This document shows, one piece after another, positions 35,841 through 45,411 of a stretch of 49,840 bases of DNA (positions are counted from its first letter, which is position 1; every line of letters begins with the position of its first letter). The translations under genes were made by a program, and so were the position numbers. Source of the DNA: Chloroflexota bacterium (GTDB lineage: Bacteria; Chloroflexota; Limnocylindria; Limnocylindrales; CSP1-4); NCBI GenBank assembly GCA_040882425.1, contig JBBEBJ010000242.1, positions 1-49,840 of the forward strand, read 5' to 3'. A model generated the notes under the pieces. It did not search any database, was not told where the DNA came from, and saw only the letters and a program-made list of their open reading frames with translations.

Positions 35841-36620
35841 ATGATCGGCGACCTGATCGGCAAACCGGGCCGCATCGCGATCGAGGCGCTGCTGCCGGCC
35901 CTCCGCGAGGAGCGCGGGATCGACTTCGTGACCGCCAACGGCGAGAACGTCGCTGGCGGCATGGGCCTGACCCCCTCGACCGCAGATTCGATCCTGGCCT
36001 CCGGCGTCGACGTCATCACGTCGGGCAACCACATCTGGGACAAGCGCGAGATCTACCCGTATCTCGAGACCACCGAACGCGTGTTGCGGCCGCTCAACTA
36101 CGGCACGCACGAGGTCCCGGGGCGTGGCTGGGGGACCTACCAGGCGCTCGACGGCACGGACATCGCGGTGATCAACCTCCAGGGTCGGACCTTCATGCAG
36201 CCGATCGAGAACCCATTCACCGACGCGGATCGCCTCCTCGACGAATCGTCGGAGCCGCTGCCGCCCGTCCGCCTCGTCGACTTCCATTGCGAGCTGACCT
36301 CGGAGAAGAACGCCTTTGGCCTCTACCTCGACGGGCGGGTCAGCGTCGTGGCCGGGACGCACACGCACATCGTCACGGGTGACGAGCGGATCCTCCCAAA
36401 GGGCACCGCGTACCAGACGGATCTCGGCATGACCGGGCCGATCTGGAGCGTCATCGGGTTCGACCCCAAGACCGTCCTGCCGCGGTTCATCAACGCGTTG
36501 CCGACCCGGTTCGAGGTCGGGAGTGGGACGGTCGTCTTCAATGCGCTGCAGATCGACATCGATCCGGCCACGGGACGGGCGATCGGGCTCGAGCGGATCC
36601 AGCGGCTCATCGAGACGTGA
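35841..36620 (+). CDS. ymdB: YmdB-family metallophosphoesterase (2',3'-cyclic-nucleotide 2'-phosphodiesterase, TIGR00282 type)
   Basis: MIGDLIGKPGR..DFVTANGENVAGGMGLT......L...GVDVITSGNHIWDK.E......RVLRP.NY....PG.G......VINL.GR.FM..DFH.E.TSEK.A...YLDGRVS.V.GTHTH. The rny-ymdB pairing is known from Bacillus. The track's 453-aa ORF is an over-extension. Confidence 0.93.
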   Translation: MIGDLIGKPGRIAIEALLPALREERGIDFVTANGENVAGGMGLTPSTADSILASGVDVITSGNHIWDKREIYPYLETTERVLRPLNYGTHEVPGRGWGTYQALDGTDIAVINLQGRTFMQPIENPFTDADRLLDESSEPLPPVRLVDFHCELTSEKNAFGLYLDGRVSVVAGTHTHIVTGDERILPKGTAYQTDLGMTGPIWSVIGFDPKTVLPRFINALPTRFEVGSGTVVFNALQIDIDPATGRAIGLERIQRLIET

Positions 36621-36621
36621 G

Positions 36622-37584
36622 GTGACGGCCCAAGCGGGGCCGACCGCTCCGTTGCCCCGCAGGCGGCTGCGGCGGCGTCATGACCCAGCACCGGTGCGCG
36701 ATCCGATCGTCCCGCCGGCGCCGTCGCCCGTTGACCTGCACACGCACACTCGCCGCTCCGACGGGGTCATGGAGCCCGCCGCCCTCGTCGCCGCGGCGGC
36801 CGACTGCGGCGTGACGACCCTCGCGCTCGCCGATCACGACACCCTGGCCGGCTACCGCGAGATCGTGGCGGCCGGCGCGGTCCCCGCCGGCCTGCGCCTG
36901 ATCCCGGCCGTCGAGATCAACGCCCTGGTCACCCGGGATCTCGGCCTCTGGGAGGGCGAGCTTCACATCCTGGGCTTTGGCATGGACCCGGACGACGAGG
37001 GCTTCGAGGCCACCATGGCTGCCCAGCGGGCGCAGCGCCGGATCCGCTTCGATCGGACCGTCGATCGGCTGCGGGAGCTGGGACTCGGGATCGACGCGCA
37101 GGTGGCGACGCTGGCGCGCGACGGCAACGACGCCCTGGGCCGCCCGACCGTCGCCCGCGCCCTGATCGCCGCCGGTCACGCCGAGAGCGTCGAGGACGCC
37201 TTTCGCCGGCTCCTGGGACATGGCTGCCCGGCCTACGTGCCGCGCCTCGGTCTGGGCCCGGCGGAGGCGATCGACGCCATCCGGGCGGCCGGCGGTCTTG
37301 CCGCGCTCGCACACTTTCGCGAAGCGCCCGATCGCATCGACATCGTCCGTGAGCTTGTCGAGGCCGGGCTCGGCGGCCTCGAGGTCTACTACCGCACGTT
37401 CGATCGCGCCGCGGTCGAGGCGGTTGGTGAGGTCGCCCGGACCCTTGGTCTCCTCGCGACCGGCGGGACCGACTATCACGGCGACACCGGAACCTATGCC
37501 GAGGCACACGCGCAGATCTGGGTTCCACCCGACGCGGGCGACGAGCTCATCGCCCGGATCGAGCTCCCGTCAGGCGCCCGCTGA
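36622..37584 (+). CDS. PHP-domain metal-dependent phosphoesterase (TrpH/YciV-like)
   Basis: VDLHTHTRRSDG...P..LV..A...G...LALADHDT..G......IPAVEI......ELHILG....GGTDYHG. The start is uncertain: GTG 36622 lies 1 nt after the ymdB stop, and GTG 36694 is an alternative. Confidence 0.85.
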   Translation: MTAQAGPTAPLPRRRLRRRHDPAPVRDPIVPPAPSPVDLHTHTRRSDGVMEPAALVAAAADCGVTTLALADHDTLAGYREIVAAGAVPAGLRLIPAVEINALVTRDLGLWEGELHILGFGMDPDDEGFEATMAAQRAQRRIRFDRTVDRLRELGLGIDAQVATLARDGNDALGRPTVARALIAAGHAESVEDAFRRLLGHGCPAYVPRLGLGPAEAIDAIRAAGGLAALAHFREAPDRIDIVRELVEAGLGGLEVYYRTFDRAAVEAVGEVARTLGLLATGGTDYHGDTGTYAEAHAQIWVPPDAGDELIARIELPSGAR

Positions 37585-38358
37585 CGCCTGGTCCGCCCGG
37601 TCCGCCTGGTCCGGCCCGTCTTTGACGAAGGTCGGTCGGAGCTCGAGCGGTGCGCGCCGACGCCGCGCCCGGAGATTGAGGGCCTCGACGAAGACCGAGA
37701 ACGCCATCGCGGCGTAGATGTACCCCTTGGGGATGTGGAACCCGAGGCCGTCCGCAATCAGCGTCACGCCGATCAGGAGCAGGAAGGCAAGCGCCAGCAT
37801 CTTGACCGTCGGGTGGGCGCGGACGAACTTCGCCAATGGCCCGGACGCAATAAGCATCACGCCCACGGCGATGACCACCGCGGCGACCATGATCGGGACC
37901 TCGTTGACCATGCCCACCGCGGTCAGGACGGAGTCAAGCGAGAAGACGATGTCGAGGAGGACGATCTGGAGAAGCACGCCGCGGAGGGTCGCAGTGGCCG
38001 TCGCGATGGGTGCGTGCGCCTCCTCACCCTCGAGCGATTCGTGGATCTCGGTCGTGGCCTTCCACAGCAGGAACAGGCCACCGCCGATGAGGATCAGGTC
38101 TCGAACGGAGATCGGCTGGCCGGCAATCTGGAACAGCGGTTCGGTCAAGCCGATGATCCAGGAGATCGTCAGCAGGAGGAGGATTCGCATCCCCATCGCC
38201 AGCCCGAGCCCGGTGATTCGCGCCCGATCCCGCACGTTGGCCGGCAGTCGCTGGACGAGGATCGAGATGAAGATGACGTTGTCGATACCGAGCACGATCT
38301 CGAGGACCGTCAGCGTCGCGAGGGCGACCCACGTCTCGGGGTTGGTCAGCAGTTCCAT
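37570..38358 (-). CDS. TerC-family integral membrane protein
   Basis: LATLTVLEIVLGIDNVIFISILV..LP......R..GL..A...R..LL..... and a second ..IVLLDIVFSLDSVLTAVGM. repeat are typical TerC. ATG 38358 (MELLTNPE). Confidence 0.9.
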   Translation of the reverse strand: MELLTNPETWVALATLTVLEIVLGIDNVIFISILVQRLPANVRDRARITGLGLAMGMRILLLLTISWIIGLTEPLFQIAGQPISVRDLILIGGGLFLLWKATTEIHESLEGEEAHAPIATATATLRGVLLQIVLLDIVFSLDSVLTAVGMVNEVPIMVAAVVIAVGVMLIASGPLAKFVRAHPTVKMLALAFLLLIGVTLIADGLGFHIPKGYIYAAMAFSVFVEALNLRARRRRAPLELRPTFVKDGPDQADRADQASAGA

Positions 38359-38408
38359 CCGCGCAGCGTACCCGGTGGAGGACACGTTGCCGGTACCATG
38401 ACCACGCA

Positions 38409-40061
38409 GTGCCCGACACAGTAACCTTGAAACGCGCCCTCCCCGTGCTCGACCTGGTCGGCTCGAGCGGCCCGGTGGCGCCGCGTGTGCCGCCAACCCC
38501 CGCCGACGAGCGACTCGAGGAGTACCTGCCAGAGACCCGCGCCCTGCCCCGCTTCCACGTCTGGACGCTCGGTTGCCAGATGAACCGGAGCGACTCGGAG
38601 GAGATGGCTGGCCGTCTGCTCGCCTCCGGCTGCGAGGAGGCCGAGGGTCTCGAGACGGCCGACCTGATCGTTATCAACACCTGCGCGATCCGCGAAGGCG
38701 CCGAGCAGAAGGTGATCGGACGCCAGGGCCAGCTCAAGGCGCTGAAGGCGGCCAATCCCGGGCTGTGGGTGGTCCTGACCGGCTGCTCCGTTCGCGAGCC
38801 CGATCGGGCGGGGCTGCGCCGGCGATACCCGGCCGTGGACCTGTTCCTCCGACCCGACGAGGAGCCTGAGCTCGTCGATCGGCTCGGCCTCGCATCGGCG
38901 CAGGCGCCGATCGGCGCAGTCGGCTCCACCACCACGGTCGGGCGCACCGTCGTGGGCGCGGCCGATCACCTGTCGGGGACCCGTGCGCAAGCCGTCGGGA
39001 CGGGCACGGTCGCCCGCGGCTCGGCGATCTCCGCCTGGCTCCCGATCATCTACGGCTGCGACAAGACCTGCACCTACTGCATCGTCCCGTTCAGCCGCGG
39101 CCCGGAGCGGAGCCGACCGTTCGACGACATCCTCGACGAGGCGCGCGCCCTTGCCGCGGCCGGCTATCGCGAGGTCACGCTCCTCGGCCAGAACGTCAAC
39201 TCCTACGGGCACGACCTGGCGACCGATCCGCGGTTCGGGCATGTCACGGGCGCACGCTGGGCGGGCCACCAGCTCGATCTCGAGGGGCGCCCCGACCTCG
39301 CCGAGCTGATCCGGGCCATCGATGGCCTGCGGACCGCCGACGGCCGCCCGGCGCTGAGCCGTCTCCGCTTCGTCACGTCGCACCCGTGGGACCTGTCGGA
39401 CCGCCTGATCGAGGCCCTGGCCGAGTGCGACTCGGTCTGCGAACACCTCCACCTGCCGGTCCAGTCCGGGTCGGATCCGGTCCTGCGGCGGATGGGCCGC
39501 CAGTACACGATCGAGCACTACCTGGAGCGCCTCGCCCGGATCCGCGCGGCCGTCCCCGGCATCGCCATCTCGAGCGACATCATCGTCGGCTTCTGCGGCG
39601 AGACCGAGGCCCAGTTCGAGGAGACGCTTGCCTTGCTCGAGACCGTTCGGTACGACCAGGTCTTCGCGGCCGCCTACTCGCCTCGGCCTGGTACGCCGGC
39701 CACGCGGCTCGCCGACGACGTGCCCGCGGCCGACAAGCGCCGGCGGCTGAACGCACTCCTCGCACTCCAGGAGCGGATCGGCCTGGAGCGCAACGAGGCC
39801 TGGGTGGGGCGCGACGTGGAGGTCCTCGTCGACGCGGTCAATCCGCCCCGCGAGCACGACCATCACGACGAGGCGAGCGGGTCGCCGATCGTCGCGCCGA
39901 CGGGCGCCGACGACGTCGGCACGTGCCGGCTCTCGGGCCGAACTCGCACCAACAAGCTGGTTCACGTCATCGGCGATCCGTCCCTGGTCGGGCAGGCCGT
40001 GACGGTCCGCATCGAACACGCCGGCCCGTACGCGTTGCGAGGCGCGCTCGTCGGCTCGTGA
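38409..40061 (+). CDS. miaB: tRNA-2-methylthio-N6-dimethylallyladenosine synthase
   Basis: UPF0004 domain (FHVWTLGCQMNRSDSEEMAG..VINTCAIRE), radical-SAM CxxxCxxC (GCDKTCTYCIVP) and a TRAM domain (GRDVEVLVD..). GTG start. Confidence 0.95.
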   Translation: MPDTVTLKRALPVLDLVGSSGPVAPRVPPTPADERLEEYLPETRALPRFHVWTLGCQMNRSDSEEMAGRLLASGCEEAEGLETADLIVINTCAIREGAEQKVIGRQGQLKALKAANPGLWVVLTGCSVREPDRAGLRRRYPAVDLFLRPDEEPELVDRLGLASAQAPIGAVGSTTTVGRTVVGAADHLSGTRAQAVGTGTVARGSAISAWLPIIYGCDKTCTYCIVPFSRGPERSRPFDDILDEARALAAAGYREVTLLGQNVNSYGHDLATDPRFGHVTGARWAGHQLDLEGRPDLAELIRAIDGLRTADGRPALSRLRFVTSHPWDLSDRLIEALAECDSVCEHLHLPVQSGSDPVLRRMGRQYTIEHYLERLARIRAAVPGIAISSDIIVGFCGETEAQFEETLALLETVRYDQVFAAAYSPRPGTPATRLADDVPAADKRRRLNALLALQERIGLERNEAWVGRDVEVLVDAVNPPREHDHHDEASGSPIVAPTGADDVGTCRLSGRTRTNKLVHVIGDPSLVGQAVTVRIEHAGPYALRGALVGS

Positions 40062-40079
40062 CGCGCTCGTGAGTCGCGC

Positions 40080-41054
40080 ATGAGGGGCCCGGTGGACGGC
40101 TCGCCGCCGCTGATCGTGGTCGGGGGCGCCACGGCAACAGGCAAGACGGAGTTTGCCATCCGTCTCGCCGAGGCACTCCGCGGTGAAGGCCGCCCGGTCG
40201 AGATCATTTCGGCCGACTCCCGCCAGGTCTACCGAGGGTTCGATATCGGCACGGCCAAGGCCACCGAGGCGGACCGGGCGCGGATCCCGCATCACGGCCT
40301 CGACCTGGTGGACGCGGACCAGCCGTTCAGCGTGGCCGACTTCGTCGAGCACACCGCGGCTGTCCTGGCCGACCTCGGCCGCCGCAACGGCGTCGCGATC
40401 CTGGCCGGCGGGACGGGCCTCTACCTCCGGGCGGTTGGTCGCGGGCTGGACACGCGGGCCCTGCCCAGCGACCCCGCCGTCCGCGCGCGCCTCGAAGCCG
40501 AGCTCCTCGCGGGCGGTCTCGCCCCGCTGGCCGAGCGCCTGCGGTCCGTCGCACCCACGCTGGCGGGCCGCGTCGAGCTGCGCAACCCCCGCCGCGTGGT
40601 ACGCGCCCTCGAGATGGCCGAGCTGGGCGGTGATGTGCTCCCGCCCGAACCTCGCGGCTACCCGGGCCCGATCGCCTGGCTCGGTCTCAGGGTCGAACCG
40701 ACGGTGCACGCCGATCGGATCGCGTCCAGGGCCCGGGCCCAGTTCGACGCCGGACTCATCGACGAGGCAAGGACCCTGCGCGAGCGGTTCGACCCTGGAG
40801 TCCCGGCGTTCTCGGCGATCGGCTATCGGGAGGCGTGGGCGGTGCTCGATGGCGAGCTGACGCTCGAGGCGGCGATCGATCTCGACGCGAAACGCAATCT
40901 TGCCTTCGCCCGCCGCCAGCGGACCTGGTTCCGGAGCGAGCCCGGCATCACCTGGCTGGATGCGACACACGAGCTCCCCGCGACGGGGGCGCTGTCGCTG
41001 GTCCGTGACACATTCGGAAGCAGCCCGGGCGGTGATCGCGCGGCATCTCGATGA
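40080..41054 (+). CDS. miaA: tRNA dimethylallyltransferase
   Basis: P-loop GATATGKT, SADSRQVYRGFDIGTAK......HH..D and ..ARRQ.TWFR are typical MiaA. Confidence 0.95.
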   Translation: MRGPVDGSPPLIVVGGATATGKTEFAIRLAEALRGEGRPVEIISADSRQVYRGFDIGTAKATEADRARIPHHGLDLVDADQPFSVADFVEHTAAVLADLGRRNGVAILAGGTGLYLRAVGRGLDTRALPSDPAVRARLEAELLAGGLAPLAERLRSVAPTLAGRVELRNPRRVVRALEMAELGGDVLPPEPRGYPGPIAWLGLRVEPTVHADRIASRARAQFDAGLIDEARTLRERFDPGVPAFSAIGYREAWAVLDGELTLEAAIDLDAKRNLAFARRQRTWFRSEPGITWLDATHELPATGALSLVRDTFGSSPGGDRAASR

Positions 41055-41145
41055 CCTCGTCGATCGCCACTTCCGATCGACGCCCGAGTGCTGAACCCCG
41101 GTCGGTCCGAGAGGCCGCCGAGACCGAACGACTACACTCGTCGGC

Positions 41146-42480
41146 ATGCCGATGCACCAGCTGATCGATCTCCAGCACGTCCCCGAGAAGGCCTTCCTTG
41201 TCGCCGTCGACACCGGCGACGATGCCGGCTGGTCGGCCGAGGATTCGCTGGCCGAGCTGGCCAACCTCGCCGCGACCGCCGGCGCGGAGGTCGTCGGCGC
41301 CGAATGGCAGAACCGCCGCCACGTCGACCCGAACTGGTATGTCGGCAAGGGCAAGGCCGAGGATCTTGCGGCGGCCAAGCGCGAGACCGGCTTCGACATC
41401 CTCGTCGCCGACGACGAGCTGTCGCCGGGGCAACAGCGCGCCCTCGAAGAGCTGCTCAACGTCAAGGTCATCGACCGCAGCCGGCTGATCCTCGACATCT
41501 TTGCGCTGCACGCCCAGACCTACGAGGGTCGCCTCCAGGTGGAGCTCGCCCAGCTCGAGTACCAGCTGCCACGCCTGACCAGGCTGTGGACCCACCTGTC
41601 GCGGACGCAGGGCGGGATCGGGTCGCGCGGCCCGGGCGAGTCGCAGCTCGAGACCGACCGGCGGATCGTCCGGACCCGGATCTCGAAGATGAAGGAACGG
41701 GTCGACCAGGTCCGCCAGCAGCGGGCGACGGCGGCGCGCGGCCGCGACCGGCGACTGTGGCCGACGGTCGGCATCGTCGGCTACACGAACGCGGGCAAGT
41801 CCACGCTGCTCAACGCACTCGTCGGGAGCGAGGCTGCCAAGGCCGAGGACAAGCTCTTCGCGACGCTCGACCCGACCAGCCGTCAGGTCAAGCTCGGGGA
41901 CGGCCAGACCGCGATCGTCACCGACACGGTCGGGTTCATCCACAAGCTGCCGCACCAGCTCGTGGAGGCGTTCCGGGCCACCCTCGACGAGGTCAACCGC
42001 GCCGACGTGCTTGTCGAAGTGGTGGACGCCGCCGACCCCCATTTCGAGGAGCATCGCGTGACGGTCCAGACCGTGCTCGACGAGCTCGGCGCCGGCGACA
42101 AGCCGCGCCTCGTCGCGTTCAACAAGGCGGATCTTCTAGATCGATCCGCGCGCAACGGCGAGGTGCCCGCACCGGCGATCGCGGGTTCCGTGTTCGTTTC
42201 GGCCCTGACCGGGTACGGGATGGACGCGCTGCGCGGTGAGATGGCCGCGCTGCTGGCCTCGCTCTGGGTCGACGTCGACGTCGCCCTGCCGTACGCGGCG
42301 GGTGAGCTCCTCGCCCGCGTCCGCGAGCGCGGCACGATCGAGCTCGAGTACCGCGAGCGCGACGTCCGGGTCCGCGGTCGGGTTGCCCCGTCGCTGGCAG
42401 GCGAGCTCGAATCGGCCGCCACGCGCTGGACGGCGAGGCTCGCCGACGCCGCCGACGAGGTCGCCGCGACCCACCCATGA
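41146..42480 (+). CDS. hflX: GTPase HflX
   Basis: HflX N-domain (..DELSP.Q...LE......VIDR..LILDIFA.HA.T.EG.LQVELAQL.Y.LPRL) and G-domain (GYTNAGKSTLLNAL, DTVGF, NKAD). Confidence 0.95.
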   Translation: MPMHQLIDLQHVPEKAFLVAVDTGDDAGWSAEDSLAELANLAATAGAEVVGAEWQNRRHVDPNWYVGKGKAEDLAAAKRETGFDILVADDELSPGQQRALEELLNVKVIDRSRLILDIFALHAQTYEGRLQVELAQLEYQLPRLTRLWTHLSRTQGGIGSRGPGESQLETDRRIVRTRISKMKERVDQVRQQRATAARGRDRRLWPTVGIVGYTNAGKSTLLNALVGSEAAKAEDKLFATLDPTSRQVKLGDGQTAIVTDTVGFIHKLPHQLVEAFRATLDEVNRADVLVEVVDAADPHFEEHRVTVQTVLDELGAGDKPRLVAFNKADLLDRSARNGEVPAPAIAGSVFVSALTGYGMDALRGEMAALLASLWVDVDVALPYAAGELLARVRERGTIELEYRERDVRVRGRVAPSLAGELESAATRWTARLADAADEVAATHP

Positions 42481-43070
42481 ACCAGCCGGTGCGCCGCGCC
42501 GGTGTGGCGACTCAGGCCGACGGCAGCGCGGTCGTCTGGTCGGTGGCCGATGGTCGTCGCGGCCGCCGCTGGCGAGCCATCACGAAGCGGGGCGGGACGA
42601 TCACCAGCTCGGTGCTCCTCGAGGTCGGGACGGACGGGCGACCGGCTCGCCTGGAGGTCGGGACAACGGCTGGCCTGCTGACGCTCCACCCCGACGCGAC
42701 CGGGTCCCTCCACGGCAATGCGGTCACGCCCGATGGCGTTCGGCACCTGACGCTGGGCTGGAGCGACGAGCACGAGCTCGAGGTCGAGCCAGTGGCCATC
42801 TCGGCCGCGATCACCGCCCATCGACTCGGTAGGTCGGTTCCGGTGGGGGAGGGGACCGTCGTGCCGGTCGTCGCCATCGCCCTGGATCTCGCGGTCGACG
42901 AGGGTGCCCGGAGATACGTCCGCCTCGACGCGACGACCTGGCGGATCGAGCACGACGGGGACACGCGGACGGTGGCCGTGGACGACTGCGGGTTGCCCGT
43001 CTGGCGGTTCCCGGCGGACGCGCCAGCCGGGGGAGGGGACTGGCCGCTGGAGCTCGATCCACAGGTCTGA
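42477..43070 (+). CDS. Hypothetical protein translationally coupled to hflX
   Basis: ATGA overlap with the hflX stop. 197 aa, with non-repetitive, beta-rich-looking composition (..VVWSVADGRRGRRWRAITKRGG..LHGNAVTPDGVRHLTLGW..). It vaguely resembles putative glycolipid-binding (DUF1089-like) proteins, but that is not verified. Confidence 0.6.
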   Translation: MNQPVRRAGVATQADGSAVVWSVADGRRGRRWRAITKRGGTITSSVLLEVGTDGRPARLEVGTTAGLLTLHPDATGSLHGNAVTPDGVRHLTLGWSDEHELEVEPVAISAAITAHRLGRSVPVGEGTVVPVVAIALDLAVDEGARRYVRLDATTWRIEHDGDTRTVAVDDCGLPVWRFPADAPAGGGDWPLELDPQV

Positions 43071-43081
43071 CCACCGTCATC

Positions 43082-43103
43082 GTGGACAACGTGTGGACAA
43101 CGT
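43082..43103. repeat. Perfect 11-bp tandem repeat GTGGACAACGT x2
   Basis: 43082-43092 and 43093-43103. It lies 12 nt after the preceding stop, in a locally lower-GC spacer. Confidence 0.85.
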
Positions 43104-43220
43104 TCGCCCCAGGCGCCAAGGTTCGGTGAAAGTCGTTGATAAGTCCGTAGCCAGGCCATTGACGGCCGGCTATCGTAGTCCTTGCTCGAAGGGGCTGTTG
43201 GACCGAAAGCGGTGTCGCGG

Positions 43221-43484
43221 ATGCAAATCAGCGGCGCTGACTACGGACCGGTAGTTCCTTCGGGCGTTTCTCTTTGTCCGGTATGCGCGACCTATGACCC
43301 GATCGCTGGTTGGTCGACCGAGGGGTTCGACTGGACGACCGCGACACCCGCAGCCCGGGTGACGATCCTGACCCTCGAGGTCAACGAGCGTGACCTCGTG
43401 GTCTACGTCGATGCGCCGAATGCCGGCGCCGACGTGGGCATCGAGGAAGCGCTGGACATCGTGGCGACGCTCGAGGTGCACTGA
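43221..43484 (+). CDS. Hypothetical small protein (87 aa)
   Basis: MQISGADYGPVVPSGVSLCPVCATYDPIAGWSTEGFDWTT..VTILTLEVNERDLVVYVDAPNAGADVGIEEALDIVATLEVH has non-degenerate composition. No family was recognised and the RBS is weak. Confidence 0.4.
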   Translation: MQISGADYGPVVPSGVSLCPVCATYDPIAGWSTEGFDWTTATPAARVTILTLEVNERDLVVYVDAPNAGADVGIEEALDIVATLEVH

Positions 43485-43622
43485 GGCCTCCAAGGCGACG
43501 CACTCCGGCGTTCCGGGGACGGGCCGTCCGGCCCTTGCCGGGTACGGTCGGCCGGGCGACGATGCCGCCAATCCAGGCCGCCCGCGGGCGTCCGGGCGCC
43601 TGTGGCAGGTGGGAGTCGAGCG

Positions 43623-44993
43623 ATGACGACGACCACGGCGGTCCCAGCTGTCCCAGCACGGCCCAAGCCCGGGCTCGGCGGGCTCGAGCCAGAGCTCGGC
43701 GGGGTCGAACCCGTCCTCGAAGGCGAAGCTCGCCCGACGACGGTGCTGTCGAAGGCCCAGCTGTTCCAGATCTCGGTCTTCTGGTTCGCGCTGAACGCGA
43801 TCTGGGGCGCGTTCGAGATCTTCCAGCAGAAACGCGTGGTCCAGCTGATCGGCGATGCCGCGCCGCTGGCGCTGAGTGCGATGGAAATCATCGCGCTGCC
43901 GATCGCGGTCCTGACGATGCCGGTGATGGGCTCCATCTCGGACTACTCGACGAGCCGGTGGGGGAGGCGCCGGCCGTACATCCTGTTCGGGTCGCTGACC
44001 GCGGGGGTGGCGCTGTTCGGCCTGGCCCTGGCGCCGACCTTCCCGGTGCTGGTCGTGTTCTTCGTCCTGCTCCAGCTGACCTCGAACGTGGCTCGCGGCC
44101 CGTTCGCCGGCCTGGTGCCCGATCTGGTCCCGGAGCGCCAGGTCGGGCTGGCCAGCGGCCTGATGGGCCTGATGATCACGCTCGGGCTGGTCGGCGGCTA
44201 CCTGGTGATGATGAGCGGCTACCTGCTCGAGGAGAACTTCACGCTGCCGATGCTGGCCTTGGGTGTGCTCGTGGGCGCGGCCGGGATCGGATCCTTCCTG
44301 TGGATCCCCAAGGGACCGGCGGCCAAGCTGCGCGGGGGGCGATCGTGGCCGCGGATCGCCCTCGAGACCTTCGGGACCGACATCCTCCGCGAGCGGAGCT
44401 ACGTCTACCTGCTCGGATCCCGCTTCTTCATGCTGATGGCGGTCAGCTTCTTCATGAACCTGAACATCCTCTACCTCGAGCGGACGTTTGGGCTGGTTGG
44501 CGATGAGCAGGCGATTTGGGTCCTGGTCGCGCTGGGCCTGTCGCTCGCCGCCACCGCCATCGGGACGATCCCGGGCGCCCGGATCTCCGACCGGATCGGA
44601 CGCAAGCCGGTGATCTACGCCAGCGCGTTCGTCGGCGCGATCGGGATGACGATCGTCGGCCTGGCACCCAACGTCGTCGTGGCCTGTGCCGGGATCGCCT
44701 TCGTCGGGCTCGGCGGTGGCGCCTTCCTGGCCGTCGACTGGGCGCTGATGACCGACATCATCCCGAAGGCCTCCGCGGGCCGCTACATGGGCCTGAGCAA
44801 CGTCGTGGAGGCGACCAACGGGCCCGCGGCCACGACCGTCGGCGGAGCGATCATGTTCGTCGTCGGCGCGGGGCTCGGGCTCGCGGCCGGGGCTCGGGCG
44901 GCGATGCTGATCGCGGTCGTCATGTTCGCGCTCGGTGCTGCGCTCCTGACCCAGGTACGCGAACCGCGGCGGGGGCAGCGCGCGGCCGTGTGA
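43623..44993 (+). CDS. MFS-type transporter
   Basis: About 12 predicted hydrophobic spans. An MFS loop motif reads GSISDYSTSRWGRRRPYILFG and a second-half motif reads ISDRIGRKP. ATG 43623 has GGGAG 7 nt upstream. Confidence 0.85.
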   Translation: MTTTTAVPAVPARPKPGLGGLEPELGGVEPVLEGEARPTTVLSKAQLFQISVFWFALNAIWGAFEIFQQKRVVQLIGDAAPLALSAMEIIALPIAVLTMPVMGSISDYSTSRWGRRRPYILFGSLTAGVALFGLALAPTFPVLVVFFVLLQLTSNVARGPFAGLVPDLVPERQVGLASGLMGLMITLGLVGGYLVMMSGYLLEENFTLPMLALGVLVGAAGIGSFLWIPKGPAAKLRGGRSWPRIALETFGTDILRERSYVYLLGSRFFMLMAVSFFMNLNILYLERTFGLVGDEQAIWVLVALGLSLAATAIGTIPGARISDRIGRKPVIYASAFVGAIGMTIVGLAPNVVVACAGIAFVGLGGGAFLAVDWALMTDIIPKASAGRYMGLSNVVEATNGPAATTVGGAIMFVVGAGLGLAAGARAAMLIAVVMFALGAALLTQVREPRRGQRAAV

Positions 44994-45003
44994 TCATCGG
45001 CGC

Positions 45004-45411
45004 GTGACGACGATCCGCGAGTTCGAGCCCGGCGACGGCGAAACGCTGCGCGCGCTCTGGACGGCGCAGGGCTTCCGACTGATCGCCGACGACGATGCGG
45101 GGCTGGCCCGGTTTGCCGCGCGGAACCCGGGGTTGTTCGTCGTGGCCGTGGACGGCTCTGAGATCGTCGGCTCCGTGCTCGGCGGCTGGGACGGGCGGCG
45201 CGGCTGGCTCTATCACGTCGCGGTCGCGCCCAGCCACCGGCGCCGCGGCCTCGCGACCGAGCTTGTCGGCCTCGTGGAGGGTCGTCTCCGTTTGCTCGGC
45301 TGCCAGCGGTGCCTGGTGATCGTCGAGGCCGCCAACGACGACGCGCTCCGGTTCTGGACGACGCTCGGATACGATCGACGCGACACCTACCAGCTGGGGA
45401 AGACGCTTTAG
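45004..45411 (+). CDS. GNAT-family N-acetyltransferase
   Basis: ..VVAVDGSEIVGSVLGGWDGRRGWLYHVAVAPSHRRRGLATELV is the acetyl-CoA binding motif A (R-R-G-L-A). Confidence 0.9.
   Translation: MTTIREFEPGDGETLRALWTAQGFRLIADDDAGLARFAARNPGLFVVAVDGSEIVGSVLGGWDGRRGWLYHVAVAPSHRRRGLATELVGLVEGRLRLLGCQRCLVIVEAANDDALRFWTTLGYDRRDTYQLGKTL

Noticed and set aside
38359-38408. Mn-sensing yybP-ykoY riboswitch expected upstream of a TerC gene
   Set aside because: Only about 50 bp separate the TerC start from the divergent miaB start, which is far too short for the riboswitch.
38346-41498. 1050-aa minus-strand ORF, the longest in the track
   Set aside because: It is antisense to miaB, miaA and hflX, all of which have unmistakable family signatures. 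Its translation is Arg/Pro/Gly/Ala-rich low-complexity sequence, typical of spurious antisense ORFs in high-GC DNA.
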